Source of the DNA: Bacilli bacterium
GTDB taxonomy: Bacteria > Bacillota_I > Bacilli_A > RF39 > UBA660
DNA: 64,000 nt
Assembly (NCBI GenBank): GCA_051872655.1
Contig: JBJEEB010000041.1
Coordinates: forward strand, 2,656-66,655
Direction of reading: 5' to 3'
Shown here: piece after piece, positions 37,510 to 47,435 of the stretch
Numbering within the stretch: the stretch's first letter is position 1
Layout of the letters: the number at the start of each line of letters is the position of its first letter
Notes under the pieces: model-generated
The model's database searches: none
Told to the model about the DNA's origin: nothing
What the model saw: the letters and a program-made list of their open reading frames with translations, nothing else
Made by a program: the position numbers and the translations under genes

Positions 37510-39093
37510 TTATTTTCTAAATTTATTAAAGTCTATTCTTAAAACTCTTTGTGCGGATTTAGATATACTTTTATCTAAACTCCTTAATCTCTCTATTGCT
37601 TGTTCTCTAGTAGATTCATAAATTCTATCACAGTATTCAAAACTTTCAATAAAATGTTCTGCTGTTATAAACTCACTATCATAAACTTTAGCAAATGCAA
37701 ACGCTTTATCAACAATAGATATTGATAAGTCAGGATTATTAACCATATCGTTATAAACTCTATGATTTTTTTCAGTAGCACTTACAATAATATCAACAAC
37801 TTGATTTCTTATATTTTCATTTTCAAATTGTATTCCATTTTTTAAATAGTAATCACCAATTACTTTATCAATTATTTGACATAAAATATCTTCAGTAGGC
37901 TCTTTAACTATAATTTTTTCAAATCTTCTTTTTAATGCATCACCACTAAAAAATTCATTATACTCTTTTTCAGTTGTTGTTCCAATTACCTTTAAATTTG
38001 ATCTATCTATATAGTGTTTTAACATAGATGCCATATCATTATCCTTACTTTTAGATGAACCAATACCATATATTGTATGAATCTCATCAATGAAAACTAT
38101 TACATCTAATTTTTCACATAACTTCATTAATTTAGTCATGTTATCTTCAAACATTCCTACATATTGACAGCCTGCAACAACATCACTAGGATTAACCTCT
38201 AAAATTATTTTCCCTTGTAAGAAACTAGGTACTTGTCCTATTTTAATTCTATATGCTAGTTCATCCACTAATGCAGTTTTTCCTACACCTGACTCTCCAA
38301 CAATTAAAGGTCTCTTTTTATCTTGTGCTAAAGTAATCATAAGATTTTTTAATTCTTTTTCTCTTCCAATAGTTGGAGGTACCATATAATTTTTCATATT
38401 TAATACTTTTCCATATTTTTCAAGTTCTAATATTTCCTTATCAGATATTTGTTGAGTCATAGTAGTAACAGTTGATCCTTGGCTTCTTGGAATATTACTT
38501 ATGTTAGAAGTTTGTATTTCAACTTCTTCTTTTTTTTCAAATTTACCATTAGTATTTTTCTTGAACATCTTATCAAATCTTTCAATTTGTATTGCCGTAT
38601 ATTGTTTTTGATAACGCATAGCTTCAATTAAATTTCTTCCTTCAGAACAAACCTTACTAGAATCAAATCCATTAGCACATAATAATTCATAAATTCCTTC
38701 TACTTCTCCTAAATAATCATCACTATAAATTGCAGTATGCATAATAGTATCTTTATCACTATCAACGTGATTAACATTTAAATTATATTTTAATGCTTCA
38801 GTAATGATACTTAAAATAAATTCTTCACTATATCCTGCATATAAAGCAGTTTGAATAAAGTTATAGTTAAAATCATCTTCTAAATTTGGATTTAGTCCTA
38901 TTTGTAATAATGATTTAATGGCAAGAAAACACTTTGTCTCATCATATTTATCATCCACTAAAATATGTAATAATGATTGATTATCTTCATCAGTATATTC
39001 TAAACTACCAAATGCTTTCTTAATCTTTCTTAAATTAGAATTTGTATCATCAGTCATCTTTGATAATAACTCTCTTATATTATTATTTAACAT
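37510..39093 (-). CDS. Ankyrin-repeat protein fused to a ClpA/ClpB-type AAA+ D1 ATPase module (single nucleotide-binding domain, 527 aa)
   Basis: N-terminus has 3-4 ANK-like repeats (QSLLHILV, NFIQTALYAGYSEE, TIMHTAIYS...ELLCANGFD). The C-terminal region aligns with ClpB NBD1: Walker A LIVGESGVGKTALVDELAYRI, GKIILEVN...VAG, Walker B VIVFIDEIHT, sensor-1 VIGTTT, arginine finger ALKRRFE. No second AAA domain. Confidence 0.7.
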   Translation of the reverse strand: MLNNNIRELLSKMTDDTNSNLRKIKKAFGSLEYTDEDNQSLLHILVDDKYDETKCFLAIKSLLQIGLNPNLEDDFNYNFIQTALYAGYSEEFILSIITEALKYNLNVNHVDSDKDTIMHTAIYSDDYLGEVEGIYELLCANGFDSSKVCSEGRNLIEAMRYQKQYTAIQIERFDKMFKKNTNGKFEKKEEVEIQTSNISNIPRSQGSTVTTMTQQISDKEILELEKYGKVLNMKNYMVPPTIGREKELKNLMITLAQDKKRPLIVGESGVGKTALVDELAYRIKIGQVPSFLQGKIILEVNPSDVVAGCQYVGMFEDNMTKLMKLCEKLDVIVFIDEIHTIYGIGSSKSKDNDMASMLKHYIDRSNLKVIGTTTEKEYNEFFSGDALKRRFEKIIVKEPTEDILCQIIDKVIGDYYLKNGIQFENENIRNQVVDIIVSATEKNHRVYNDMVNNPDLSISIVDKAFAFAKVYDSEFITAEHFIESFEYCDRIYESTREQAIERLRSLDKSISKSAQRVLRIDFNKFRK

Positions 39094-39194
39094 ATAAAAT
39101 TCCCCCTTAAATAGTTGGTTAATATTATAACATAAGATTTAATAAATAACAACGTAATTTTAATTAGATAGTTATAAAAAAAGTACTTTATAAT

Positions 39195-40106
39195 CTAAGT
39201 ACTTTTTATAATATTACTATTTGCACTATTTAAAATTCTAATAAAATGATTTGCCTCTCTTAAAACATGATCTGCTAGTAAAGGAATAATTATACTTTTA
39301 ACTTTACAATTCAAAATCCCCTCTTCACCTGCTATTTTAAATTTCCTAAAGTCAATTGTTTCATTTAAACTAATGCCAGTTAAATAAGAAGGATTATTTT
39401 TATACTTTTGCATAATAACCTCATATTCAGTTACATACTTACCAGCAGTAAGAATTAAATCTTTTTCACTAGGATCTAGTAATCCTCTTATAAATTCAGC
39501 ATGTTCTTTCATAATATTATTCCAAAACAATTCTTGTTCATATATAAAATTACTACTAAAAGGTTCCTTATTTTCAACTTTACTAAGTAAATTATAATAC
39601 ATTTTAGCCTCATTAATTATATGGGTAATAAGTAAAGGATAATTAGAAGTATACATATTACAAGATAAAACCTTATTTAAAATATCATTTTTAAAATAAA
39701 TCAAATTTTTAATAATAGGTAATGTCTGTTTATTAATATTACTAATGGTATTAACTAATTCATCACTTATAATTAAATTTCCACTTTTTAATTGACTTTC
39801 CATCATAGTAATATTTGTATCTATTTGTATTTGAGTTAAATCACTACTTTTCTTTTCAGCTTCTAATGTTTTATCAGTAACAATTTCTCCAGAATTAAGT
39901 AAATTACTACTAACTTTTCCATTAGCTAAAACAACTACTTTCTCTAAAATATTAGAAAAAAATTTTTGAAAATTATTTGCAATTGTCTTTTCTTCCTTAT
40001 TTTTTTCAGTAAAAGACATTTCAATAAAAAAACTATGTTCTTTCATAATACGATCAAAAAACAAATGTAACTCTAATGACATGCCAACATACTCTTTATA
40101 ATTCAT
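39195..40106 (-). CDS. Hypothetical helical protein with an internal duplication (possibly hemerythrin-like/DUF2935-type)
   Basis: Two copies of a W-x-x-I-M-K-E-H-[AS]-x-F-I motif (FFDRIMKEHSFFIEM ; FWNNIMKEHAEFIRGLLDP). I place the start at ATG 40104-40106, 5 nt downstream of a GGAGGG Shine-Dalgarno sequence. Confidence 0.45.
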   Translation of the reverse strand: MNYKEYVGMSLELHLFFDRIMKEHSFFIEMSFTEKNKEEKTIANNFQKFFSNILEKVVVLANGKVSSNLLNSGEIVTDKTLEAEKKSSDLTQIQIDTNITMMESQLKSGNLIISDELVNTISNINKQTLPIIKNLIYFKNDILNKVLSCNMYTSNYPLLITHIINEAKMYYNLLSKVENKEPFSSNFIYEQELFWNNIMKEHAEFIRGLLDPSEKDLILTAGKYVTEYEVIMQKYKNNPSYLTGISLNETIDFRKFKIAGEEGILNCKVKSIIIPLLADHVLREANHFIRILNSANSNIIKST

Positions 40107-40272
40107 TATTTCCCTCCAATTAAATATATGTAATATCATCTAAAAAATATCAAAAGAAATTATATACAAATATTGTCAAATAAATTTTTTATTATAGTTT
40201 TACTTCGACATACAAAAATCCCATTCCTAAATTCAAGGAATGGAATTCATAACATACAAAATTACTTAGTAA

Positions 40273-41745
40273 TTAATGAGCAACTTGTAATATAAGAGAA
40301 AATAAACAAAGTATAAATATATTAGCAATTGCAATAGTTACAACTATTTTAAATGCCCACTTAAACCAAGTAGAATATTCTACTTTAGCAAGAGCAAGTC
40401 CACCCATAATAGCTCCACAAGTTGGAGTAATCAAGTTAACAAGTCCATTAGCAGATACTAAAGTCATGATAGTAACTTCAACATTATAACCAAGTTGTGC
40501 TGCTAAAGGAGCAATAATAGGTGTAGATAAAGTAGCAAGTCCTGATGAAGAAGGAACTAATATAGATAATACTATATGTAATATATAGTTAAGAGGTATA
40601 AATAACATCTGAGGCATCTTAGATAATATATTAGCGGCATTATAAATAATATAATTATCTAAATATGTCTGTTTCATAAGTACACTAGCACCTCTAGCAA
40701 TAGCTATAACTAATATGACACCAATCATATCATCAGCACCATCTACAAATGTATCAACAAACCCTTTTTCTCCAAACCTATTAATAATAGCAATAATTAT
40801 TGACATTATTAAGAACCATAAAGCAGCTTCATAGAACCACCAATTACCAAGCGATGATCCAGTAAGCCATCCAGTGAATTTATCAAATATAGTTACTCCA
40901 AATTCACCCCATGGAATAAATCCTATAATCATTACAAGGAATGTTAATCCAAATAATACTAAAGTAACTTTTTGTTTACCAGATAATTTAACTTCTTTTT
41001 GTTCTGTTTTGCCATTTTCTTCATGTTCTTCAAAACTACCAAATTTCTTTTCAGCAGCTTTTTGTTCTCTTAAAGATAGGAAAGTAGACCCTTTATCTTT
41101 TTGTACTTTTTTAGCATATTTTACTACAAAGAAAGTACAAATAGCATAAGTAGTAAGCCATAAAAATACTCCTATTAAAATAACTACTCCCTGATTAGAA
41201 CTAATAGAATCTGGAAGTGCACTTAGTGCCACACCAGTAGCAAATGGATTTACTGTTGAACCTAAGCAACCCGCTCCTGCACCTAAAAGTACTACAGCAG
41301 ATCCAACAAGAGGATCCATACCAGCAGCCATCATAGTAGCGGCAAGTAATACATAGAATCCTACAGTTTCTTCAAGCATACCATAAGTTGTTCCACAAAT
41401 AGAGAATATAAACATTAAAATAGGTATTAATAATATTTCTCTTCCTTTTAATTTACGTACTAGAACCTTAATTCCTGTTTCTAATGCTCCAGTTTTATTA
41501 ACAACAGCAAGTAATCCACCAAGCATCATAATGAAAATACCAACATCTATAGCATCTTCAAAGCCTAATATTGGTGCCATTAAAATTTGTGATAATTTAG
41601 CACCTACTGTACCACTTCCATTTACAATTTCTTCACCTATAAATTTTGCATTAGGAAGAACATGAGATAATATTCCTAAAACAAATATTAATATAAGTAT
41701 GATAGAAAATGAAGAAAGTAATACCTTTTTCCTTTTTTTAGCCAT
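40273..41745 (-). CDS. YfcC-family transporter, putative arginine/ornithine antiporter of the ADI locus
   Basis: 490 aa polytopic protein of the DcuC/YfcC-like family (GALETGIKVL..., MMAAGMDPLVGSAVVLLGAGAGCLGSTVNPFATGVA). The basic N-terminus MAKKRKK and the position as last gene of the arc operon support the call. Confidence 0.6.
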   Translation of the reverse strand: MAKKRKKVLLSSFSIILILIFVLGILSHVLPNAKFIGEEIVNGSGTVGAKLSQILMAPILGFEDAIDVGIFIMMLGGLLAVVNKTGALETGIKVLVRKLKGREILLIPILMFIFSICGTTYGMLEETVGFYVLLAATMMAAGMDPLVGSAVVLLGAGAGCLGSTVNPFATGVALSALPDSISSNQGVVILIGVFLWLTTYAICTFFVVKYAKKVQKDKGSTFLSLREQKAAEKKFGSFEEHEENGKTEQKEVKLSGKQKVTLVLFGLTFLVMIIGFIPWGEFGVTIFDKFTGWLTGSSLGNWWFYEAALWFLIMSIIIAIINRFGEKGFVDTFVDGADDMIGVILVIAIARGASVLMKQTYLDNYIIYNAANILSKMPQMLFIPLNYILHIVLSILVPSSSGLATLSTPIIAPLAAQLGYNVEVTIMTLVSANGLVNLITPTCGAIMGGLALAKVEYSTWFKWAFKIVVTIAIANIFILCLFSLILQVAH

Positions 41746-41753
41746 CTTTCTTT

Positions 41754-42689
41754 TTACCTCCTCTTTATTATTGTACCTGTTTTTCCATTTATAGCATCTT
41801 TAGCTTTATCAAGTGAACTAATAATAGCTATCCTATCATTAGAATTATCTATAAAATCAAGACAAGCTTCTATTTTAGGAAGCATACTTCCTTTAGCAAA
41901 ATGTCCTTCTTTTATATACTCTTCTGCCTCTTCAATAGTTAAACTATCAAGCATAACCTCATTATCAGTATTGTAGTTCAAACATACTTTTTCAACAGCA
42001 GTTAATATAAGGAAAGTATCAGCATTTATTTCTTTAGCAAGTAAAGCTCCAGATCTATCCTTATCAATAACAGCCTCTACTCCTTTTAATCCCTCATCAG
42101 TTTTAACTACAGGTATACCACCACCACCTACTGCTATTACAATACTACCATTATCAAGAAGTTTTATTATAGAATTCTTCTCAATAATACTTTTAGGAAT
42201 TGGAGAAGGTACAACTCTCCTATAACCACGTCCAGCATCCTCAGTAAATACATAGTGTTTTTCTTTCTCTATTTCCATAGCTTTTTCTTTGCTATAGAAC
42301 ATTCCAATAGGCTTAGTTGGATTTTGAAAAGCACTATCATTACTATCTACTAGAACCTGTGTTACCAAGGATACACATTCCTTTTTAATACCTTGTCTAT
42401 TTAATTCATTTAAAATAGACTGTTGCATGTGATATCCTATATAACCTTGACTCATACTTCCACATTCAGGAAATGGCATACTAGGAGTACCAGCCTCACC
42501 ACTAGAAGCATATTCCATAGCAAGCGCTATTTGCCCCACCTGTGGACCATTACCATGTGTAAGAACTATTTCATTACCATCATTAATAAGTTCTACTATA
42601 ATTTTAGCTACATTAGATAAAAGATTTAATTGTTCATCTGGAGTTTTGCCTAAAGCATTACCACCTAATGCAATAACAATTCTACTCAT
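41754..42689 (-). CDS. arcC: Carbamate kinase
   Basis: [14 protein letters not shown] start, [21 protein letters not shown] motifs. 311 aa. Overlaps the arcAB stop by 8 nt. Confidence 0.85.
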   Translation of the reverse strand: MSRIVIALGGNALGKTPDEQLNLLSNVAKIIVELINDGNEIVLTHGNGPQVGQIALAMEYASSGEAGTPSMPFPECGSMSQGYIGYHMQQSILNELNRQGIKKECVSLVTQVLVDSNDSAFQNPTKPIGMFYSKEKAMEIEKEKHYVFTEDAGRGYRRVVPSPIPKSIIEKNSIIKLLDNGSIVIAVGGGGIPVVKTDEGLKGVEAVIDKDRSGALLAKEINADTFLILTAVEKVCLNYNTDNEVMLDSLTIEEAEEYIKEGHFAKGSMLPKIEACLDFIDNSNDRIAIISSLDKAKDAINGKTGTIIKRR

Positions 42690-44997
42690 TATCTTCCCTC
42701 ATAGTAGCATAAACTACAGCTTTAATAGTATGTAATCTATTTTCTGCTTCATCAAATACTTTAGACTTACTCGAAGTAAATACTTCATCAGTAACTTCCA
42801 TTTCTTTAATTCCAAATTTATCATAAATATCTTTACCAATAGTAGTCTTTAAATCATGAAAAGATGGAAGACAATGTAAGAATATAGCATTAGAATTAGC
42901 ATTATTCATGATATCCATATTAACTTGATAAGGCTTAAGCAAGTTAATCCTTTCATTCCATACTTCATCAGGTTCTCCCATAGATACCCAAACATCAGTA
43001 TAAATAACATCTGCATCTTTAGAAGCTTCCATAACATCATCTGTCATTTCTATACTACCACCAGTATTGTTAGCTATTTCTCTACATTTATTAGCAAGTT
43101 CTTCACTTGGCCATAATTCCTTTGGTCCACATGCAACAAAATGCATTCCCATTTTAGCACACACAACCATAAGAGAATTAGCAACATTATTTCTAGCATC
43201 ACCCATAAATACAAGTTTAATGCCATCCAAATGCCCAAAATTTTCTTCAACAGTCATAACGTCTGCTAACATTTGAGTTGGATGGAACTGTGTAGTAAGA
43301 CCATTCCATACGGGCACACCAGCACATCTAGCTAATTCCTCAACAATTTCTTGGTCATAACCTCTATACTCAATACCATTATACATTCTTCTCAATACTT
43401 TAGCAGTATCTTCAATACTTTCTTTTTTACCCATTTGAGAACTACCTGGATCTAAGTAAGTAACTCCCATACCCAAATCCAATCCTGCAACTTCAAAAGC
43501 ACATCTTGTTCTTGTCGAAGTTTTTTCAAATAACAAAACAATATTTTTATTATTTAAATATCTATGAGGAATACCATTATGCTTCTTTTCCTTAAAATCT
43601 TTAGCTAAATCAAGTAAATATCTAATTTCCTCAGAACTATAATCAAGTAAAGTCAAAAAGTTTCTTCCTCTTAAATCAATTTTATTACCAACTTTCTTTA
43701 CATCAGTATTATTAGAAAAATAAATATTTTCTGTTTCCACCTTAGTATCATCAAGATTATCTCTTACCAAAGGCATACTCATACATCTTGGACCGCCACG
43801 ACCACGAGATAATTCAGCACTGCTCATTTCAATTACCTTAATACCATGCTCCCTTAATATATTATTAGTAATATTATTTCTATCATAAACTACAACAACT
43901 CCAGGAGCAATACACAAAGTATTAGTACCATCATTCCACTGCTCTCTTTCAGAAGAAATTCTCTCTCCACCAGCACATGGAATCAAAGTAATCTTTCTAC
44001 CTAAATATCTTTCAAGTATCTCTTCAAGACTACCCTCAACTTTTTTAACATTCAAATCTTCATCACTATCTGGAACATCTCCTTCAGTAATTTCAAATAC
44101 CTCCAAAGTATCCATAATACCCGGATGAAATGTAAATTTATCATAATCAATTTGTGTAAATACAGTATCTAAGTGCATAAATGCTCTAGATTCTGGTATA
44201 TTAAATACCAAAATAGTATCAATTTCACAATCAGGATTCCTAAACATATTCTTAGCAAGTTCATCTATAGCTCCAGATTCAGTTCTTTGAGATATACCCA
44301 CTGCAAGGACATGATTACTTAAATTAAGAACATCGCCTCCTTCAATGTGGTAAGGCAAATATCTATCATAATATTTATTAATCTTGCCTTTATAATCAGG
44401 ATGATAATTAAATATATATTCAGCATAAATAGTCTCTCTATTTCTTGTTACAGAATACATCTTATTTAAAATAACACCATTACCTGCACTAGCAAATGGA
44501 TCCCTAGTAAAATACAAATTAGGCATAGGATCTGCCAAAAATTCAGATTCATCACTAACCAAATCAACAAGTGACTTTTCTACTTCTCTCTTTTTTCTAG
44601 GTATTTCCTCTATTTTAATACCTTCCATAGTCTTAAGAACTAGTTCTTTCTTATTAATAAAACTCTTTAAATAATCGAAAACAAGTTCTTTATATTTAGG
44701 AGTTCTAATACCAGCTTCAAAAATAAATTGTCTAATAAATTTATTTTCAATATCATCTCCAAGTTCTAGTACCTCAGCCATTAAATCTTCTAAATAAACA
44801 ACCTCAATACCATTTTCTTTTAATATGTGTGCAAATTCATCATGCTCCTTTTGTGCTTCAGGTAAAAAAGGAATATCATCAAAAAGTAATCTATTCAAAG
44901 TATCAGGAGTTAAATTAAGAAGTTCATTTCCTGGTCTATGAAGTAATACTTTTCTTAAAGTTCCAATCTCACTCTTTACATTAATAACATTATCCAT
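42682..44997 (-). CDS. arcA: Bifunctional arginine deiminase - ornithine carbamoyltransferase (ArcA-ArcB in-frame fusion, 771 aa)
   Basis: Residues 1-420 are ADI ([22 protein letters not shown]..., catalytic Cys in [13 protein letters not shown]). A 25-aa linker follows with no stop or start. Residues ~445-771 are catabolic OTCase ([53 protein letters not shown]). Junction DNA was read by eye and is in frame. Confidence 0.8.
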   Translation of the reverse strand: MDNVINVKSEIGTLRKVLLHRPGNELLNLTPDTLNRLLFDDIPFLPEAQKEHDEFAHILKENGIEVVYLEDLMAEVLELGDDIENKFIRQFIFEAGIRTPKYKELVFDYLKSFINKKELVLKTMEGIKIEEIPRKKREVEKSLVDLVSDESEFLADPMPNLYFTRDPFASAGNGVILNKMYSVTRNRETIYAEYIFNYHPDYKGKINKYYDRYLPYHIEGGDVLNLSNHVLAVGISQRTESGAIDELAKNMFRNPDCEIDTILVFNIPESRAFMHLDTVFTQIDYDKFTFHPGIMDTLEVFEITEGDVPDSDEDLNVKKVEGSLEEILERYLGRKITLIPCAGGERISSEREQWNDGTNTLCIAPGVVVVYDRNNITNNILREHGIKVIEMSSAELSRGRGGPRCMSMPLVRDNLDDTKVETENIYFSNNTDVKKVGNKIDLRGRNFLTLLDYSSEEIRYLLDLAKDFKEKKHNGIPHRYLNNKNIVLLFEKTSTRTRCAFEVAGLDLGMGVTYLDPGSSQMGKKESIEDTAKVLRRMYNGIEYRGYDQEIVEELARCAGVPVWNGLTTQFHPTQMLADVMTVEENFGHLDGIKLVFMGDARNNVANSLMVVCAKMGMHFVACGPKELWPSEELANKCREIANNTGGSIEMTDDVMEASKDADVIYTDVWVSMGEPDEVWNERINLLKPYQVNMDIMNNANSNAIFLHCLPSFHDLKTTIGKDIYDKFGIKEMEVTDEVFTSSKSKVFDEAENRLHTIKAVVYATMREDNE

Positions 44998-45067
44998 TTT
45001 ACTCTCCTTTCGTAGAACCCTACTATAATAAGTATATCAATTTTTTACTATTTTTACAAATATAATT

Positions 45068-45793
45068 TTAATTATTTGTTTTATTCAAAAATTCTCTCAA
45101 TCTTTCATTATCTTTATTTTCAAATACATCTTTAGGAAAACCATCTATAACAATCTTACCATTATCCATAAATAATACTCTACTAGCACATTTCTTAACA
45201 AAATTCATTTCATGTGATACTACTAACATTGTCATACCAGTATCACCAACTTTTTTAATAAGTTCTAATACTTCTCCAACCATTTCTGGATCAAGTGCAC
45301 TAGTTGGTTCATCAAATAAAATAATATCTGGATTCATAATAAGAGATCTAACAATAGCCACTCTTTGCTTTTGCCCGCCAGATAATTCGTCAGGATAATT
45401 ATCTTTCTTATCAATTAAACTAGTATCTCTAAGTAAATCACAAGCTTTTTTAATTGCCACCTTTTTATCCATTATTCCTAACTTAACAGGAGCAAGTATT
45501 ATATTATCAAGTACTGTTAAATGAGGAAACAAATTAAATTGCTGAAATACCATACCAATTTTTTCTCTTATCTTAGGTAAATCAACATTTTTATCAGTAA
45601 TATCTATGCCCTCAAATAATACCTTCCCACTACTAGGCTTTTCTAACATATTAATACATCTAAGTAAAGTACTCTTACCACAACCCGAAGGACCTATTAT
45701 TGATATAACTTCTCCCTTTTTAACATTAAAAGTAACTCCTTTAAGAACACTAAGTTTACCAAAATTCTTTTTCAAATTTTTAACTTCTAACAC
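45068..45793 (-). CDS. Polar amino acid ABC transporter ATP-binding protein (GlnQ/ArtP-like)
   Basis: GPSGCGKSTLLRCIN, LSGGQKQRVAIVRSL, ILFDEPTSALDPE, SHEM. Confidence 0.85.
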   Translation of the reverse strand: MLEVKNLKKNFGKLSVLKGVTFNVKKGEVISIIGPSGCGKSTLLRCINMLEKPSSGKVLFEGIDITDKNVDLPKIREKIGMVFQQFNLFPHLTVLDNIILAPVKLGIMDKKVAIKKACDLLRDTSLIDKKDNYPDELSGGQKQRVAIVRSLIMNPDIILFDEPTSALDPEMVGEVLELIKKVGDTGMTMLVVSHEMNFVKKCASRVLFMDNGKIVIDGFPKDVFENKDNERLREFLNKTNN

Positions 45794-46511
45794 GATTTAG
45801 TCTCCTTTCCATCATATTAACAAGTTTAGATAGTCCTAAAGTCATAATTAAATATATAATTGCTACAATAATAAGTGGAAAAAAATAATCATATGTTCTT
45901 GAAGCAATAATATCAGAAGCCTTAGTAAGTTCAATTATACCAATATATGCTCCTACCGAAGTTTCTTTTAGCAAAGTAATAAATTCATTTCCAAGTGCAG
46001 GTAATATATTTCTTATAGACTGAGGTAAAATAATTTCTTTCATAATTGTTCTATATCTAAGTCCAAGAGAAAATCCAGCTTCCATCTGACCCTTAGGTAT
46101 AGAATTAATACCCGCTCTTATAATCTCAGAAACATATGCACCAGAATTAATACCAAATGCAATAATACCCACAATAACAATATTAATATTAATAGATTTA
46201 AATATAACATAATAAATAATCATAAGCTGTAAAATTACTGGAGTTCCTCTTATAATATCAACATAAATTTTAGCTATTCTATTTAAAATTTTATTCTTAC
46301 CATTAATTTCATAATTATTTCTAATAAGTGCTACCAAAATACCAATTACAATACCAATTATAACAGCAAAGAAAGCAATAATTATAGTATGAAATAATCC
46401 TTCTAATATATATTTATACCTATCATCATAAATAACAGTCTTATAAAAAGAATTACCTATTTTTTCAAAGAAATTAAATATCTTACTAAAAAAATTTAAA
46501 TATTCATTCAT
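45780..46511 (-). CDS. Polar amino acid ABC transporter permease (HisM/GlnP family)
   Basis: Five TM helices and an EAA-like loop (MEAGFSLGLRYRTIMKEIILPQS). Overlaps neighbouring genes, which points to an operon. Confidence 0.8.
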   Translation of the reverse strand: MNEYLNFFSKIFNFFEKIGNSFYKTVIYDDRYKYILEGLFHTIIIAFFAVIIGIVIGILVALIRNNYEINGKNKILNRIAKIYVDIIRGTPVILQLMIIYYVIFKSININIVIVGIIAFGINSGAYVSEIIRAGINSIPKGQMEAGFSLGLRYRTIMKEIILPQSIRNILPALGNEFITLLKETSVGAYIGIIELTKASDIIASRTYDYFFPLIIVAIIYLIMTLGLSKLVNMMERRLNRVRS

Positions 46512-46522
46512 TCAATTCCTCC

Positions 46523-47239
46523 TTAAGAAGTATGACTAATAACAAATTGTTCTATTTTCCCTTCCTGAATTAATCTATCAAGAACCTTATTAATCACACT
46601 AAGCATTTCACTATTACCCTTTTTAACTATCATTCCATAACTATCATTTGTAAGTGAACCATCAAGTATCTTAAGTCCATTATTACTATTAATTATCTCT
46701 TTAGCAGGTAGTTCATCCATAACTACAGCATCCACTTTATCAGACTTTAAATCTTCAATTGCGGCTAGATATTTCTTTTGTCTAATAATATTTGCATTTT
46801 TATAATTATCAGTAACATAAGTATCAGCAATACTACCAAGTTGTACCGCTATTTTTTTATTACTAATATCATTAACATTAGTAATAGAACTATTATCTTT
46901 TACAATAACAATTTGTTTACTAACAGAATAATTAATAGAAAAGTCAACTTCTTCTGCCCTTTCCTCACTATAACTTATACCAGCAGCGCCAAAATCAGCT
47001 TTACCAGTTTTAACTTCATTAATAATAGAATCAAAAGACACATCCTTAATAACCAACTTTTTACCCATTTCTTTAGCTATTTCTCTGGCTATGTCAATAT
47101 CAACCCCAACAATTTCACCACTATCATAATATTCATATGGAGCAAATCCAGCCTCTGTAACCATAACAATCTCATTATTATTTTTTCCACAACCAACTAA
47201 AAGAAATAACATAGAAATAAGTAACATAATTTTTTTCAT
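46523..47239 (-). CDS. Amino acid ABC transporter substrate-binding lipoprotein (family 3 SBP), likely arginine-specific
   Basis: Lipobox LLVGCG, then a PBPb-type domain (APYEYYD...GVDIDIAREIAKEMG, ADFGAAGISYSEER). It lies upstream of the arc operon. Confidence 0.75.
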   Translation of the reverse strand: MKKIMLLISMLFLLVGCGKNNNEIVMVTEAGFAPYEYYDSGEIVGVDIDIAREIAKEMGKKLVIKDVSFDSIINEVKTGKADFGAAGISYSEERAEEVDFSINYSVSKQIVIVKDNSSITNVNDISNKKIAVQLGSIADTYVTDNYKNANIIRQKKYLAAIEDLKSDKVDAVVMDELPAKEIINSNNGLKILDGSLTNDSYGMIVKKGNSEMLSVINKVLDRLIQEGKIEQFVISHTS

Positions 47240-47435
47240 TCAAAGCACCCTCCTATTATCATTTACATTGTATCAAATTTATAACAAAAAGTCATTAATT
47301 TTAACTAAAAAATATTTAGAAAATAATATTCTAAATATTTTATTTAAATAATTAACACACCTAGTTTTATAGTTTTAAAAGAGTAAAAACTATCAAAGTC
47401 AGAAATATAATATTAAATTGTAAATGTCAATAATA

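Noticed and set aside
34351-39194. Classic tRNA-integrated genomic island with integrase and direct repeat of the tRNA 3' end
   Set aside because: There is no integrase gene and I could not find a copy of the tRNA 3' end (ctcccctcatctgctcca) downstream. The cassette may still be acquired, but not as a canonical integrase-borne island.
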